Shown piece by piece: positions 28,560 through 38,464 of a DNA stretch of 64,000 nucleotides (positions are counted from its first letter, which is position 1; each line of letters opens with the position of its first letter). Position numbers and translations under genes: made by a program. Source of the stretch: Candidatus Bathyarchaeum sp. (GTDB taxonomy: Archaea > Thermoproteota > Bathyarchaeia > Bathyarchaeales > Bathyarchaeaceae); the NCBI GenBank assembly GCA_020344315.1, contig CP070820.1:237763-301762 (forward strand), given 5' to 3'. Below the pieces are notes generated by a model, which was not told where the DNA came from, did not search any database, and saw nothing but the letters and a program-made list of their open reading frames with translations.

Positions 28560-29165
28560 ATCTCTTTTGAAAGGTTGCTCTGTAAGACAATTTAGAGGAA
28601 GCAAGTGGCTTGTTGAGTTAATTATTTCATGTAGCTGGCAATTTCAGATTCAGAGTAGTCCTTTAAGAGCAGGCGGCACAACAGCCATTTACCCAGAGAA
28701 GGATTCCCCTTGCTACCCATGCCAGTTCACTCAAGAAACCTATCTTAACCGTTAATATAGTATTTGTTTCAGAGCATGTATTATATCAAAAATCAGCATG
28801 TACCGGTTGCCTAGGGCTCCCTCTGCAACCGCTTGGGGGGCTCATAGTACATTGCTGGTCCTTCAGTAGTCTATTGAAAATTTTGAAATGATATCTTTTC
28901 TAGTTTTAAAAAACTTAGAAAACACCAGTAGCATTCTTCTGTTTGTCAACTTTTCTTTAGAAAAAAGCTGTTTTCAACAATCTGCTGTTATTAGTCTCCT
29001 AATATGCTCGGAGATTTGGACAGCAAATCATATTCTTGCATGGAAAAACAGAAAAAACACTGTTTGCAACAATGAAGTATTATTAGTATACTAATACAAA
29101 AAAGAACCATTAGTCGCCACGCGCCCAATTCGAGGGATGAAATTCTTTTCTTTAAGACTTTCTAG

Positions 29166-30140
29166 TCATCGGAGAAAAATTATGATTAAAGTTTTCATGA
29201 CTAAGATTGGTAAAATTATGAAGATGCTGAAAAGAATGGCTGTCAGCAGCATTACCCGTAAGGCTCTTATGATATGTGTCGACGAAACATCCGCATTGTC
29301 TCCTATTCTGTAGAAACCTGGTTTTTCCAGCTGGATGCTTAATGTTCCAGCCATGGCTGATAGGGTCCACCCAGCGTTAAGGCTTTCAGTATTTTTCTTG
29401 TCCCTCTGCAAGATTCTCCAAGATTTTCTCCAATTCTCTTTCAAGAGAAGTGCAGCCAGTACCATCAAGATTGCGGTCAGCCTAGCTGGAATGTAATTGG
29501 CTATTGTATCCATTTTCGCTGAAAACCAGCCGATGTTGACGTGCTCTTGATCCTTGTATCCAACCATCGAATCTAGCGTGTTAATGACCCGGAATGCAAT
29601 CGCACCTGGAACACCGAATAAGGCAAAATAGAAAAAAGGTGAAGTTATTCCATCCGTGGTTCCCTCTGCTATTGTTTCAACTGCCGCAGAGATTATGTGC
29701 CGTTTATTCAGTCCATTTGGGTCCCGTCTTACAATAAAGGGCAACAATTTCTTCACTTTCTCATAATCTTGGTTTTCCACAGATTCTGCGATGGGCAGAG
29801 TATACTGTCTCATGCATTTGATAGCAATGGCAGTATAAAGCATGAACGCCGATACAACAATATACGGTATCCAGCCTAAAAATTCACGAACCAAAAAAAT
29901 CATAAAGTAGACTGGAACTGCAAAAAGCATGATGACAAATATGCCAAGAAGGACACCACTCATCTTCTCAACCCTTGAATTTTCACTTGCGATCTTGGGC
30001 TTCAAATAAGCTATGACCTTTCCCATCCACCAAGTTGGATGAATACTGTCTGGTAACTCGCCAAAAACTAGATCAAATACGAATGCTAAACAAAAGATTA
30101 ACAAAGAATCGAAGAAGAGAGAAACATCTATTACGAACAT
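29166..30140 (-). CDS. cbiB: Adenosylcobinamide-phosphate synthase
   Basis: D..FGE....HP..W.G, IVRRD, AAVE..AE...DG..SP.FY, NTLDSMVGY and PARL motifs. Confidence 0.92.
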   Translation of the reverse strand: MFVIDVSLFFDSLLIFCLAFVFDLVFGELPDSIHPTWWMGKVIAYLKPKIASENSRVEKMSGVLLGIFVIMLFAVPVYFMIFLVREFLGWIPYIVVSAFMLYTAIAIKCMRQYTLPIAESVENQDYEKVKKLLPFIVRRDPNGLNKRHIISAAVETIAEGTTDGITSPFFYFALFGVPGAIAFRVINTLDSMVGYKDQEHVNIGWFSAKMDTIANYIPARLTAILMVLAALLLKENWRKSWRILQRDKKNTESLNAGWTLSAMAGTLSIQLEKPGFYRIGDNADVSSTHIIRALRVMLLTAILFSIFIILPILVMKTLIIIFLR

Positions 30141-30209
30141 TTTTGCGTTCCATAATAGTTCTTTAAATTAAGTGGAGAGGTTGACCTAATATCATTACTG
30201 TCTCTTCTC

Positions 30210-30480
30210 CTAGGCGTTGTTTCCCACAACTTCAGTGAAGGCCTCCAATAACCGTTCATTCTCTTTTCGCGTTTAAAACGTTATCCGAATGTAGTAATCC
30301 AGTCCCCTGAAAGAATTGTAGTTCCGTCTACATACTCTGCTTTAATGTCTTCTCATCGAGTTGAGCCGCTGTGAAACCAGATTGCATGATATCCCTGAGG
30401 ATATAGTCAGCATCAGCTGGATATAGCCTGAAAGCATTTATCTGCCTTAGTTCATGAGTCAAATATGCTCTTTCACCTCT
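30210..30480 (-). pseudogene. Decayed C-terminal fragment of a PLP aminotransferase (CobD/HisC-like threonine-phosphate decarboxylase)
   Basis: Reads ERAYL..EL...YPADADYIL...*..RNYNSFRGLD.YIRITF*TRKENERLLEAF, with stops and a frameshift; directly upstream of cbiB. Confidence 0.7.
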
Positions 30481-30597
30481 AAAACGTTAGCGACTTTCTT
30501 TCACACTTGCGCACCTAAGAAAAGAATATTTGGGACTTTGGATTCGTAAATAAAAATAAAGAGGGCGGATGCGGGTGCATGCGGTGATGCTGATTTT

Positions 30598-31293
30598 ATG
30601 GATCCTACAGTAATTCTAATAATTTCCGCTGCCTTATCCGCAATCTTTCACACCTTGGTTCCAGACCACGAGATTCCTTTGGCAATGATCGGACGGACAC
30701 AAAACTGGACATTAAAGAAAACGGCTGGAATCACATTTATCGCAGGGATAATTCACATCTCTGTTTCAATGGGGATCGGAGCAATCGCTCTAATAGCAAG
30801 TGCAACACTATCACGTTTCATTGCCAATTCAGCGCAGCAGATATCAGGATTTCTGCTTATTGCTTTTGGTTCAGTTTACGCATTTATATCTTGGAAACGA
30901 AAACAGGGAGGCCATAGGCATTCTCATGAACCTAACCAAACAGAACATTCCCATAATCCTGTTCATTCTGAACAAAGTGTAGTTTCCATGAAAAACTCTA
31001 AAGTGGGCTGGGGTGCTTGGATTGTGGCAATAGTTGGAATAGCCCCCTGTTTCACTCTTATCCCTGTCTTGATTGCTGCTGTTCCATACGGAGCAACTAC
31101 GACCCTGTTGGTTATGCTTTCTTATGCTGTTGCCACGATTGGAATGATGGTAATCTTAACCTCGATTGCGCTCAAAACAATTCAGTATGTCACAAAACTC
31201 CACCGAATAGAGAAACACATGGAAATACTGGCAGGATTTGTAATACTCATTGTTGGGGTATGGCTAATACTGGAAATTGGCCTAGGATTCTGA
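30598..31293 (+). CDS. Ni/Co transporter-like membrane protein (NiCoT/UreH/RcnA-like)
   Basis: H..vPDH motif, His-rich loop (HRHSH...HSH) and G..PC; about 6 TM helices. Confidence 0.8.
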   Translation: MDPTVILIISAALSAIFHTLVPDHEIPLAMIGRTQNWTLKKTAGITFIAGIIHISVSMGIGAIALIASATLSRFIANSAQQISGFLLIAFGSVYAFISWKRKQGGHRHSHEPNQTEHSHNPVHSEQSVVSMKNSKVGWGAWIVAIVGIAPCFTLIPVLIAAVPYGATTTLLVMLSYAVATIGMMVILTSIALKTIQYVTKLHRIEKHMEILAGFVILIVGVWLILEIGLGF

Positions 31294-31573
31294 AAACTCG
31301 AGGGGACTCAGAAGCGAAATCTTACAGAAGACTGCTGTAAAATCGAATTCATTGATAATAGATTTTGATGTGTTTGTCAGTCAAAGGCCTTGTTAAGAGA
31401 AGATTTAAAAAAGCAGCAAGACATTAAAAACCGGAAAAAATTTGCGAGAGACAGCAAGGTGATTCTAATAATAGCATCGAGAAAATTCGATCACCAGTCT
31501 TTCTATCCGAAAGGGTTATGCCCCTTCACTACTATTGTTTTAAAAAATAAGATCGTGGAGATATCCTAGGAGA

Positions 31574-32860
31574 ATGACAAGTAAACACACTGAAACTTCA
31601 TTTACGTACGAAAAAGCCGAGCATTGGCCACCTTACACATATCGTGACTATCCCAATGTGACACCTGAGAGCCTCCAAGCCTTCATAAACTTTTTAGCAA
31701 CCGAGAATACCAGCAGTGAGCGGAAAGGGTTGCAACCTTGGATACCCTTCTGCACCATAAAATGCAACTTCTGTTATTTTCCCACAGAACTGCTCTCAAA
31801 CAGTGAGATGGGAAGATATCTCTTGGCATTAAAGAAATGTCTAAACATCTACGCAGAGACAAGATACGCTAGAACAAGTGAGTTCTCCGAGGTATATCTG
31901 GCCGGTGGAACCCCAAGCATAATGTCAACCCAGCAGACAATTGATCTTTTGTCGTTCTGTGAACAGAAGTTTAATGTAAGGGAGGATCGGGAAATCAAGA
32001 TAACAGGTTGTACTCACGATTTCGACTACAAGAGACTAAAGGCGCTCTCCGAATATGGCGTGGATCAATTAGACTTGGGAGTACAGACCTTTGATGATGA
32101 CTTAAGGAGAATGTTTAATCTGCGAGATACGGCAAGGATGGCTGAGGAAACTATCAAGACCGCCCATAAGGTAGGGATTCGTGTAAGTATTGACCTGATG
32201 TATAACCTTCCCGGACAGACCTTGAACGCTTGGAATAACGATATTCGAAGAGCATTAGAGTTGAATGTCGAAAGCGCCGATTGTTATGCTTTGGACGTAT
32301 ATCCAGGAACGAAACTCTCCGAACAACTTCAGTCTGGTATTTTGCCCCCGAGGGGAGACCAAGAAGCTGAAACAGAGATGTATCTTTGGGCATATAGCAC
32401 ATTCCAAAAGGCAGGGTATAAGCCAACGTGCCACAACCGCTTCTCAAGAATAGCCGAAGACTTCAAAGACCCCTGCTTTGAGACCCTTGGCACTGGTGCA
32501 GGGTTCTTTATGGGAACTCTAGGAAGGTTCTCTTATGTGGATGTTGAGCCTGCAGAGGCGTATATTGATGCGGTTAACCGTGGAAAGTTACCCATAGCAA
32601 AACTCTCGATTGGATCAATTGAGGATGAGATGAGAAAGATGATGATGCGACTATATATCCGTCTACCCGTTAACAAACAGGAGTTTCGAAGACGCTTCGG
32701 AATGTTGCCAGAAGAAGCATTTGAAACTGTAATCAGCAGATTAATGAAAAATGGTCTAATCGAGGTTGACGAACGAGAGATAAGATTGACCAAATTGGGC
32801 GATGTGTGGAGATACAATGTCTGTTGGGAATTCTCCCGCCTAGATGCAGATGCTCTATGA
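31574..32860 (+). CDS. HemN/HemW-like radical SAM protein
   Basis: IPFCTIKCNFC, GGTPS, GVQTFD, IDLMY.LPGQT, G.GAG and a HemN_C tail. Confidence 0.85.
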   Translation: MTSKHTETSFTYEKAEHWPPYTYRDYPNVTPESLQAFINFLATENTSSERKGLQPWIPFCTIKCNFCYFPTELLSNSEMGRYLLALKKCLNIYAETRYARTSEFSEVYLAGGTPSIMSTQQTIDLLSFCEQKFNVREDREIKITGCTHDFDYKRLKALSEYGVDQLDLGVQTFDDDLRRMFNLRDTARMAEETIKTAHKVGIRVSIDLMYNLPGQTLNAWNNDIRRALELNVESADCYALDVYPGTKLSEQLQSGILPPRGDQEAETEMYLWAYSTFQKAGYKPTCHNRFSRIAEDFKDPCFETLGTGAGFFMGTLGRFSYVDVEPAEAYIDAVNRGKLPIAKLSIGSIEDEMRKMMMRLYIRLPVNKQEFRRRFGMLPEEAFETVISRLMKNGLIEVDEREIRLTKLGDVWRYNVCWEFSRLDADAL

Positions 32861-32964
32861 CTTCAACAATTAAAGATTAAGGGATTAAAGCTTCAATATC
32901 GTGCGCGCAATCACTAGCTTTCTGGACGCAGGATCAAAAATTTTTGGTTACGAGTGCAACCTGT

Positions 32965-33573
32965 TCAACTTTCTGTTTTGAAGTGTTTTTGGAAGACATG
33001 CTGGATTTCTTCGGTTTTTTCCAGTATAACGACACCGTCCATGGCGGCTAGTTTTTTGACGTTTTCAACATCTTCTTTTCTCACTCGTATTTTCATTTCT
33101 CGTCCGTCGGGAAGTTGCGTGGCTGCTGTTCCTTCCTTGAGGTCGCAGGGCAGTATGTATACGGGTATGAAGGATTTCAGAGCCATTATCACTGAGTTAG
33201 TTAGTAAAGTGTCCGCTATTCCCGTTGCGATCTTGGCAACGGTATTTCCTGTAGCTGGAGCAATTAGCAAAAATTTTATTTTTTCGCTCTGCAACTGAAC
33301 CGCAAGGGTGGGTACATTCGAGTTAATTTCCACCCGAATTTTATCAAAATTTTCCTTCAAATCCTCAAGGAGCCGGTAAAAGTTTAATATTTGGTTTCCT
33401 GCTTTCGAGAGATATATTGTTATTCTAACTTCATTTTGATATTGCTCCCTGATCTGTTTCATGGTCTCAATTACTTCGTGTAGCCGGTCTCCGCTACCTG
33501 TGATTCCCCAAGCAACCCTCTTCTTCTTCCCCTTTTTTTCGAGTTGCACGGTTCCAACAGCCATTTTCCACAA
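32965..33573 (-). CDS. afpA: Archaeoflavoprotein AfpA (HFCD family)
   Basis: VAWGITGSG, APATGNTVAKIA.GIADTL and R.EDVENV.KL motifs. Confidence 0.85.
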   Translation of the reverse strand: MWKMAVGTVQLEKKGKKKRVAWGITGSGDRLHEVIETMKQIREQYQNEVRITIYLSKAGNQILNFYRLLEDLKENFDKIRVEINSNVPTLAVQLQSEKIKFLLIAPATGNTVAKIATGIADTLLTNSVIMALKSFIPVYILPCDLKEGTAATQLPDGREMKIRVRKEDVENVKKLAAMDGVVILEKTEEIQHVFQKHFKTES

Positions 33574-33575
33574 CT

Positions 33576-34172
33576 CTACTTCTGCTTTTTAATCTCGATT
33601 TTCTTAAGGGCTCCGGCAAATTTTTTAATTGTTTTCTTTAAACTTCTGAAGCCTTCCTTGTCTTCTTTTACGCTTTCAAGAGTATCTTTTGACCAGAAGT
33701 TTGCTCCGAGGTTTGCTCCGAAGGAGCCACCGCTTACGGGTATGATCCCGTTTAGGATGTAAAACGTTAGGATTTGCTGGATTGCCAGTTCCTGTCCTCC
33801 AATTCTGTCTCCCCCAACCGCGACTGCCATGCCTATCTTGTATTTGAGGATGTTGGGGTCTGCGGCTAAGAGGGCTCTGCATCTGTCCATGATGGCTTTT
33901 GTTTGGGCGCTGACTCCTCCATTGTATACTGGGGTGGCAAAAATTATTCCCTCAGCCTCCCTTAGCAGAGCATAAACGGTGTTCATGTCATCCACTATTA
34001 TACATTCATTATGTGTTAGACAGTGGTCGCAGTGGGTGCAGAATCCGATTTTTTTGCCTCTGACAGTGAAAAATTCTGTTTCGAACCCCATCTCCTTCAG
34101 CTTGTTTAGGGCTTCTCTCAAAACGTGTTCTGTTGCACCTTTTCTTGGGCTCCCACATATGCCAACAATCAT
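33576..34172 (-). CDS. Iron-sulfur flavoprotein (Isf) / FMN reductase family
   Basis: GSPR..., C.HCDHC....C...DD, TPVY, K..MDR and GGQE motifs. Confidence 0.88.
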   Translation of the reverse strand: MIVGICGSPRKGATEHVLREALNKLKEMGFETEFFTVRGKKIGFCTHCDHCLTHNECIIVDDMNTVYALLREAEGIIFATPVYNGGVSAQTKAIMDRCRALLAADPNILKYKIGMAVAVGGDRIGGQELAIQQILTFYILNGIIPVSGGSFGANLGANFWSKDTLESVKEDKEGFRSLKKTIKKFAGALKKIEIKKQK

Positions 34173-34336
34173 AGTTTTTCATCGACTTTTATGTTCACTA
34201 GAATCAATAAATGTTGCTGAAGATGGGCTCTTCACTTTCACCTAAGTGTCCCCTTTTCCCCAGTTTGCTTCTGCTTAATGCTTAATAGCCTAAAACTCAA
34301 CGTCACTAACCCCATATTGAAAGGAAGGCGAGAAAC

Positions 34337-35056
34337 TTGCTGCAAAAAACAATCTTGAAAAGTGATCTATCCAAACCACATCTACCCTTCAATATAAAGA
34401 ATATAGATGGTTCGTTTCCAGGTTTCATGTTTGGCGATTTTGCAGTCCTTCACGGTTCACCAACAATACGGTTTCTCTCATCCCTTCTCTGCGTCAGGGC
34501 TCAACTTCCCCATCAGCTTGGGGGTCTAGGAACAAATGTAGTGTTTGTTGACGGAGGTAACACCTTCAGGTTGTATGAGATTTCCACTTTAGCTCAACTT
34601 CACGAGCTTGACCCTAGTGAAGTCTTAGGAAGAATATTCATTTCTAGAGCATTTACAGCCTATCAGATTACTTCCTTGCTTCTTGACAGACTAGAGGCAG
34701 CGATAGACCGGTGCGATGCGAAACTTGTAATAATTTCAGACATTGCGAGACTATACCTAGACAAGGATGTCCCAAAAAAAGAATCTAAAGAAATCTTTAA
34801 TCAGGTGACAACTCATCTCTCAAAATTCGCGGAAGAAAATCAGGTCATATTGATTGCAACTTATCTTCCCAATCACTCAGCAAGGCGTAATCTCTTCTTC
34901 AAGACAGCAGTTTGTGGACGTAGCAAGGTTGTAGCCTCAATCAAACCATCTAGGTATGGTCAGCGATTTGTTTTAGAAAAACATCCGCATCTCAAGTTAG
35001 GAAGCATGGATTTTCCCTCCAAGAACGTTATACTCTCCAATTTCGTGGGGGCTTGA
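34337..35056 (+). CDS. Inactivated RadA/Rad51-like protein of the PolB2 operon
   Basis: GGLG..VVFVDGGNTF and I.ISRAFTAYQ motifs; Walker A degenerate (HGSPTIRF). Confidence 0.85.
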   Translation: MLQKTILKSDLSKPHLPFNIKNIDGSFPGFMFGDFAVLHGSPTIRFLSSLLCVRAQLPHQLGGLGTNVVFVDGGNTFRLYEISTLAQLHELDPSEVLGRIFISRAFTAYQITSLLLDRLEAAIDRCDAKLVIISDIARLYLDKDVPKKESKEIFNQVTTHLSKFAEENQVILIATYLPNHSARRNLFFKTAVCGRSKVVASIKPSRYGQRFVLEKHPHLKLGSMDFPSKNVILSNFVGA

Positions 35057-35322
35057 ATGTGGGGAGAACCATTGAATCTTACAGAATGGCTCTGGATCGG
35101 GAACTGCAGAAATGGAGTAGCTTTGCAAGAGCTCTACGCAGAGACGAGAGAATAGCTTTCGAGCAGCTGATAGATATATGCAGAAACTATGCGTCTGCGG
35201 GAAGTAACGCCACACGTCCTATACTGTTTGAGCCAATGGTGATGTCGATTCTTTTGCATCAACAACAGATGCTGAACAGATTAGAGAAGATGCTGGATGC
35301 AAAAAGAAAGCAACCCACCTAA
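35053..35322 (+). CDS. Small PolB2-associated protein (arCOG07300-like)
   Basis: GRT..SYR.AL..E...W..F.RALR motif; overlaps both neighbours. Confidence 0.8.
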   Translation: MNVGRTIESYRMALDRELQKWSSFARALRRDERIAFEQLIDICRNYASAGSNATRPILFEPMVMSILLHQQQMLNRLEKMLDAKRKQPT

Positions 35323-37597
35323 CCTTAAGCGTGTTAAAGGTTGGATTTTCGATATTTATCCTTCAGCAATCGGACAGATGAGCGTCTGGATTATCGCAGA
35401 GAACGGTCAAAGAATACGGTTACTAGACGAATTTGATCCAAGAATCTATGTCTCGGGCAGAGAAGAGGATTTGAAGAAACTTCTATCCCAACTCTTCTCG
35501 AATAAGCCCATGCTTTCTTGCAGGTTTGTTTACAAGTACATCATCCCAATCACTAACCGAAAAGCGAAAGTTCTTGAGGTCACGCTGAAAGATTATCAGC
35601 AAAAGCCCTTCTTTGTTCGCAGAATCTTACAAATTGGGCGCCACCGACATTTTCAGGTGCACAACTGCGATTTAAAGCCCGCTCAAGCCTACCTCTATGA
35701 GCGAGACCTTTTTCCTTTAGCCTTTATGGAAGCAGAAGTTGAAGAATACCGCTTGAGAATCCGTCTTCTGGACTCCGTTGAAAGTACTAATTACCTGATT
35801 CCATCTCTAAGAATAACCCGAGCCAGCTTAGAGATCAATAAGAAAAAAAGAATAGCCCGTTTTTCCGATCCGTTAAAAGCAATAGTTCTTTCCAGCGACG
35901 AAAAAGAGGTATTGATAGATTCTGGTGATGAGAAGGATAAACTATTACAGCTGGTCAAGAAAGTTAGAAGACTTGACCCAGACATATTATTAACGAAGGG
36001 TGGCGACTCATTCATTTTTCCTTATCTTGCCAAAAGAGCATTGGTTAACAATGTGTTGAACGAGTTCATTCTGAGCCGAGAAGAAGTTCCCCTTGTTGCT
36101 AAGTACAGGCGAGGCAGATCATATTTCTCGTATGGTAGAACCTATTATCGTTCTCCCACGCGAAGGCTGTACGGCAGAATCCACATCGACGAGAACAACA
36201 CTTTCATCCTGAGAGAAAGCGGCATTTACGGATTAATCGAGATTGCCAGAACCTGCAGAGTGCCCCTGCATAGAGCTTCACGGTCTTCAATTGGAACTAG
36301 TATGTCATCTCTTCAGTATTATCAGGCAATGAAAGACGAGTTTCTGATTCCACGAAACAAACTTGTTGCGGAAGCCTTCAAATCGGCATATGACCTTCTT
36401 GTTGGAGACCGTGGAGGTTTTGTCTATGAGCCTAGAATGGGCATCCACGAAAAGGTTGGTGAAGTTGATTTTTCTTCAATGTATCCGTCATTAATGGCCA
36501 AGTACAACATATCTGCCGAAACTGTTCTTTGTGATTGCTGTCCAGATTCGAAGCTGCGGATTCCTGAGCTTGATTACCACATCTGCGAGAAGAGAAACGG
36601 AATTGTTGCTAAGGTCTTGAGTTTTGCAGTGAAGAAGCGGCTATGTTACAAAAGGCTGGCTAAAGAAACGTCGAATGATGCGTTGCGAGAGGTCTATAAT
36701 AGCCGTCAAGGTGCCTTAAAATGGATATTGGTGACGTGTTTTGGCTATTTGGGGTATAGAAATGCTAAGTTCGGCACTGTTGACGGTCACATGGGTGTCT
36801 GCGCCTTCGGTAGACAAGCACTATTGAAAGCTGCTCATATTGCCGAGAAGAGGGGATTTAGCGTAATTCATGGCATCGTCGATTCTTTATGGTTGAAGAA
36901 TGAGGAGGTGGACCTAAACGATTATGTTAGTTTATGTGATGAGGTGAGTGAAGAGGTTGGGGTGCCTTTAGATTTTGGAGGCTGTTACAAATGGATAGTG
37001 TTTCTTCCCTCTAAAATACATCCAAACGTTCCAGTGCTGAACAGATATTACGGCGTCAAAGAAGACGGCAGTATCAAAGTTAGGGGACTTGAGGTGAGGA
37101 GAAGAGACACTCCTAAATTCGTTTATGCTGCTCAGATGGATATGATTAAGGTGTTATCTTCTGCAGACGATTCTGTGGCCTTTGTTGAGAAAATACCTGA
37201 TGCCTTGAAAGTAATACGAGAGTACCGAAGAAGACTGCTGGATGGAAAAGTGCCAGTCTGGGATTTAATCGTTACAAAGCGACTTTCCAAAGAGCCAGAA
37301 AACTATACCCAGAAGGTCAGTCAATTGATTGCTGCTGAGCAGCTATTGAAAGAGGGGGTTGAAGTCTCAGCTGGAAAAAGTGTCCGTTTTCTATTTACTA
37401 GTGCAGAGAACAGACGTTACGAAAGAAGAGTTAAAGCGAAAGAGTTGATTGAAGAGCAAACCAGTGCGGATGTCAAAAAGTACCTTTCGCTTCTATATTC
37501 AGCGGCTTCAAACATCCTAAGTCCCTTCGGATATTCTCCCAAAGAAGTTTACGACTACGTACGCGGCTATCAGCATGTGAAACTAACTTCATTCTGA
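35297..37597 (+). CDS. polB2: Family B DNA polymerase, PolB2 subfamily
   Basis: DFSSMYPS, RQ.ALK...FGYLGY, motif C HGIVDS instead of YGDTDS, and RG.E.RRRD. Confidence 0.92.
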   Translation: MQKESNPPNLKRVKGWIFDIYPSAIGQMSVWIIAENGQRIRLLDEFDPRIYVSGREEDLKKLLSQLFSNKPMLSCRFVYKYIIPITNRKAKVLEVTLKDYQQKPFFVRRILQIGRHRHFQVHNCDLKPAQAYLYERDLFPLAFMEAEVEEYRLRIRLLDSVESTNYLIPSLRITRASLEINKKKRIARFSDPLKAIVLSSDEKEVLIDSGDEKDKLLQLVKKVRRLDPDILLTKGGDSFIFPYLAKRALVNNVLNEFILSREEVPLVAKYRRGRSYFSYGRTYYRSPTRRLYGRIHIDENNTFILRESGIYGLIEIARTCRVPLHRASRSSIGTSMSSLQYYQAMKDEFLIPRNKLVAEAFKSAYDLLVGDRGGFVYEPRMGIHEKVGEVDFSSMYPSLMAKYNISAETVLCDCCPDSKLRIPELDYHICEKRNGIVAKVLSFAVKKRLCYKRLAKETSNDALREVYNSRQGALKWILVTCFGYLGYRNAKFGTVDGHMGVCAFGRQALLKAAHIAEKRGFSVIHGIVDSLWLKNEEVDLNDYVSLCDEVSEEVGVPLDFGGCYKWIVFLPSKIHPNVPVLNRYYGVKEDGSIKVRGLEVRRRDTPKFVYAAQMDMIKVLSSADDSVAFVEKIPDALKVIREYRRRLLDGKVPVWDLIVTKRLSKEPENYTQKVSQLIAAEQLLKEGVEVSAGKSVRFLFTSAENRRYERRVKAKELIEEQTSADVKKYLSLLYSAASNILSPFGYSPKEVYDYVRGYQHVKLTSF

Positions 37598-37662
37598 TGT
37601 CTTACAGCAGATCAGGGCTTCTTGTTCCAAGTCAAATCGTTGAGACCACATACACATGTTGT

Positions 37663-38412
37663 TTATCGCTTCAATTCTTCAACAAGTTTTACGATTTGTT
37701 CTATTATGTACTCGTTTATTCGTTGTCCTTTCTCAGCCGATGCTATTGTCGGGTCGCCCATCACTCCACTTGGGAAGTATCGCTCAGGATCTGGAATTAT
37801 CTCGAACCTTGGCAGGTTTGGAAAGCTTCGTTTTCCCTTTCCTTTTATCAGGTCTGATCGAATGGCCATTACTCTTGAAGTCTCGATTGTGCCAGCGTGG
37901 GAATCTCTTTCATCAAATTCTTTGCCTTTAAGGTCGAATGCGAAGTCGTAATCTGAGCAGACTATGATTCGGGATTTTCCGGCTTCGTTCTTATGCTTAG
38001 TTACGACCTCTTTGGCTGCAAGTTTGAGCGCAGTCATATGTGATCTACCCGCATGGCCGGTTATGATCAGCAATCTCTTGAAGCCATTGCGGATGAGTTC
38101 CTCTAGAATATCAGTCATTATGCTGCGCAATGAATCAAAGCTTAGCGTAAGAGTGCCGGGAAAGTTTCTTGTGGAATTGCAGACACCGTACCTTAAGGGC
38201 GGCGCAACTAGGCAGTCAGCTTTCTGGGCGACTTCTAGAGCAACATACTCTGCTTGAAGACTGTCTGTGCAAAGCGGTAGATGAGTGCCATGTTCTTCGA
38301 CGCTTCCACAAGGAATAATAACAACTTTGCCCTCTTCAGCCGCTTTCTCTGCTTCTTTCATACTGAGTTCGTCAAACCACAAATTCTTGTTTTCGCCTGA
38401 ATTTGTACACAT
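37663..38412 (-). CDS. Creatininase / amidohydrolase family protein
   Basis: GSVEEHG.HLP..TD, GH.G, HAG..ETS and SGV.GDP..AS.EKG motifs. Confidence 0.9.
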   Translation of the reverse strand: MCTNSGENKNLWFDELSMKEAEKAAEEGKVVIIPCGSVEEHGTHLPLCTDSLQAEYVALEVAQKADCLVAPPLRYGVCNSTRNFPGTLTLSFDSLRSIMTDILEELIRNGFKRLLIITGHAGRSHMTALKLAAKEVVTKHKNEAGKSRIIVCSDYDFAFDLKGKEFDERDSHAGTIETSRVMAIRSDLIKGKGKRSFPNLPRFEIIPDPERYFPSGVMGDPTIASAEKGQRINEYIIEQIVKLVEELKR

Positions 38413-38464
38413 GTGAATTCTTCTCCTTTTCCTCACAATCAAATGAAATAGAACGTACGTTATT

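Noticed and set aside
29115-29146. Possible third copy of the 70 bp repeat (CCACG...ATTCGAGGGA.TGAAATTC)
   Set aside because: The invariant 16 nt core is not preserved and the match is too weak.
28600-29150. Cobalamin riboswitch near cbiB
   Set aside because: The region lies downstream of cbiB and lacks recognisable B12-box elements; the short ORFs here have no recognisable motifs.
28482-34300. Intact integrated element at tRNA-Glu
   Set aside because: I found no duplicated tRNA 3' end (att site) and no adjacent integrase in the window.
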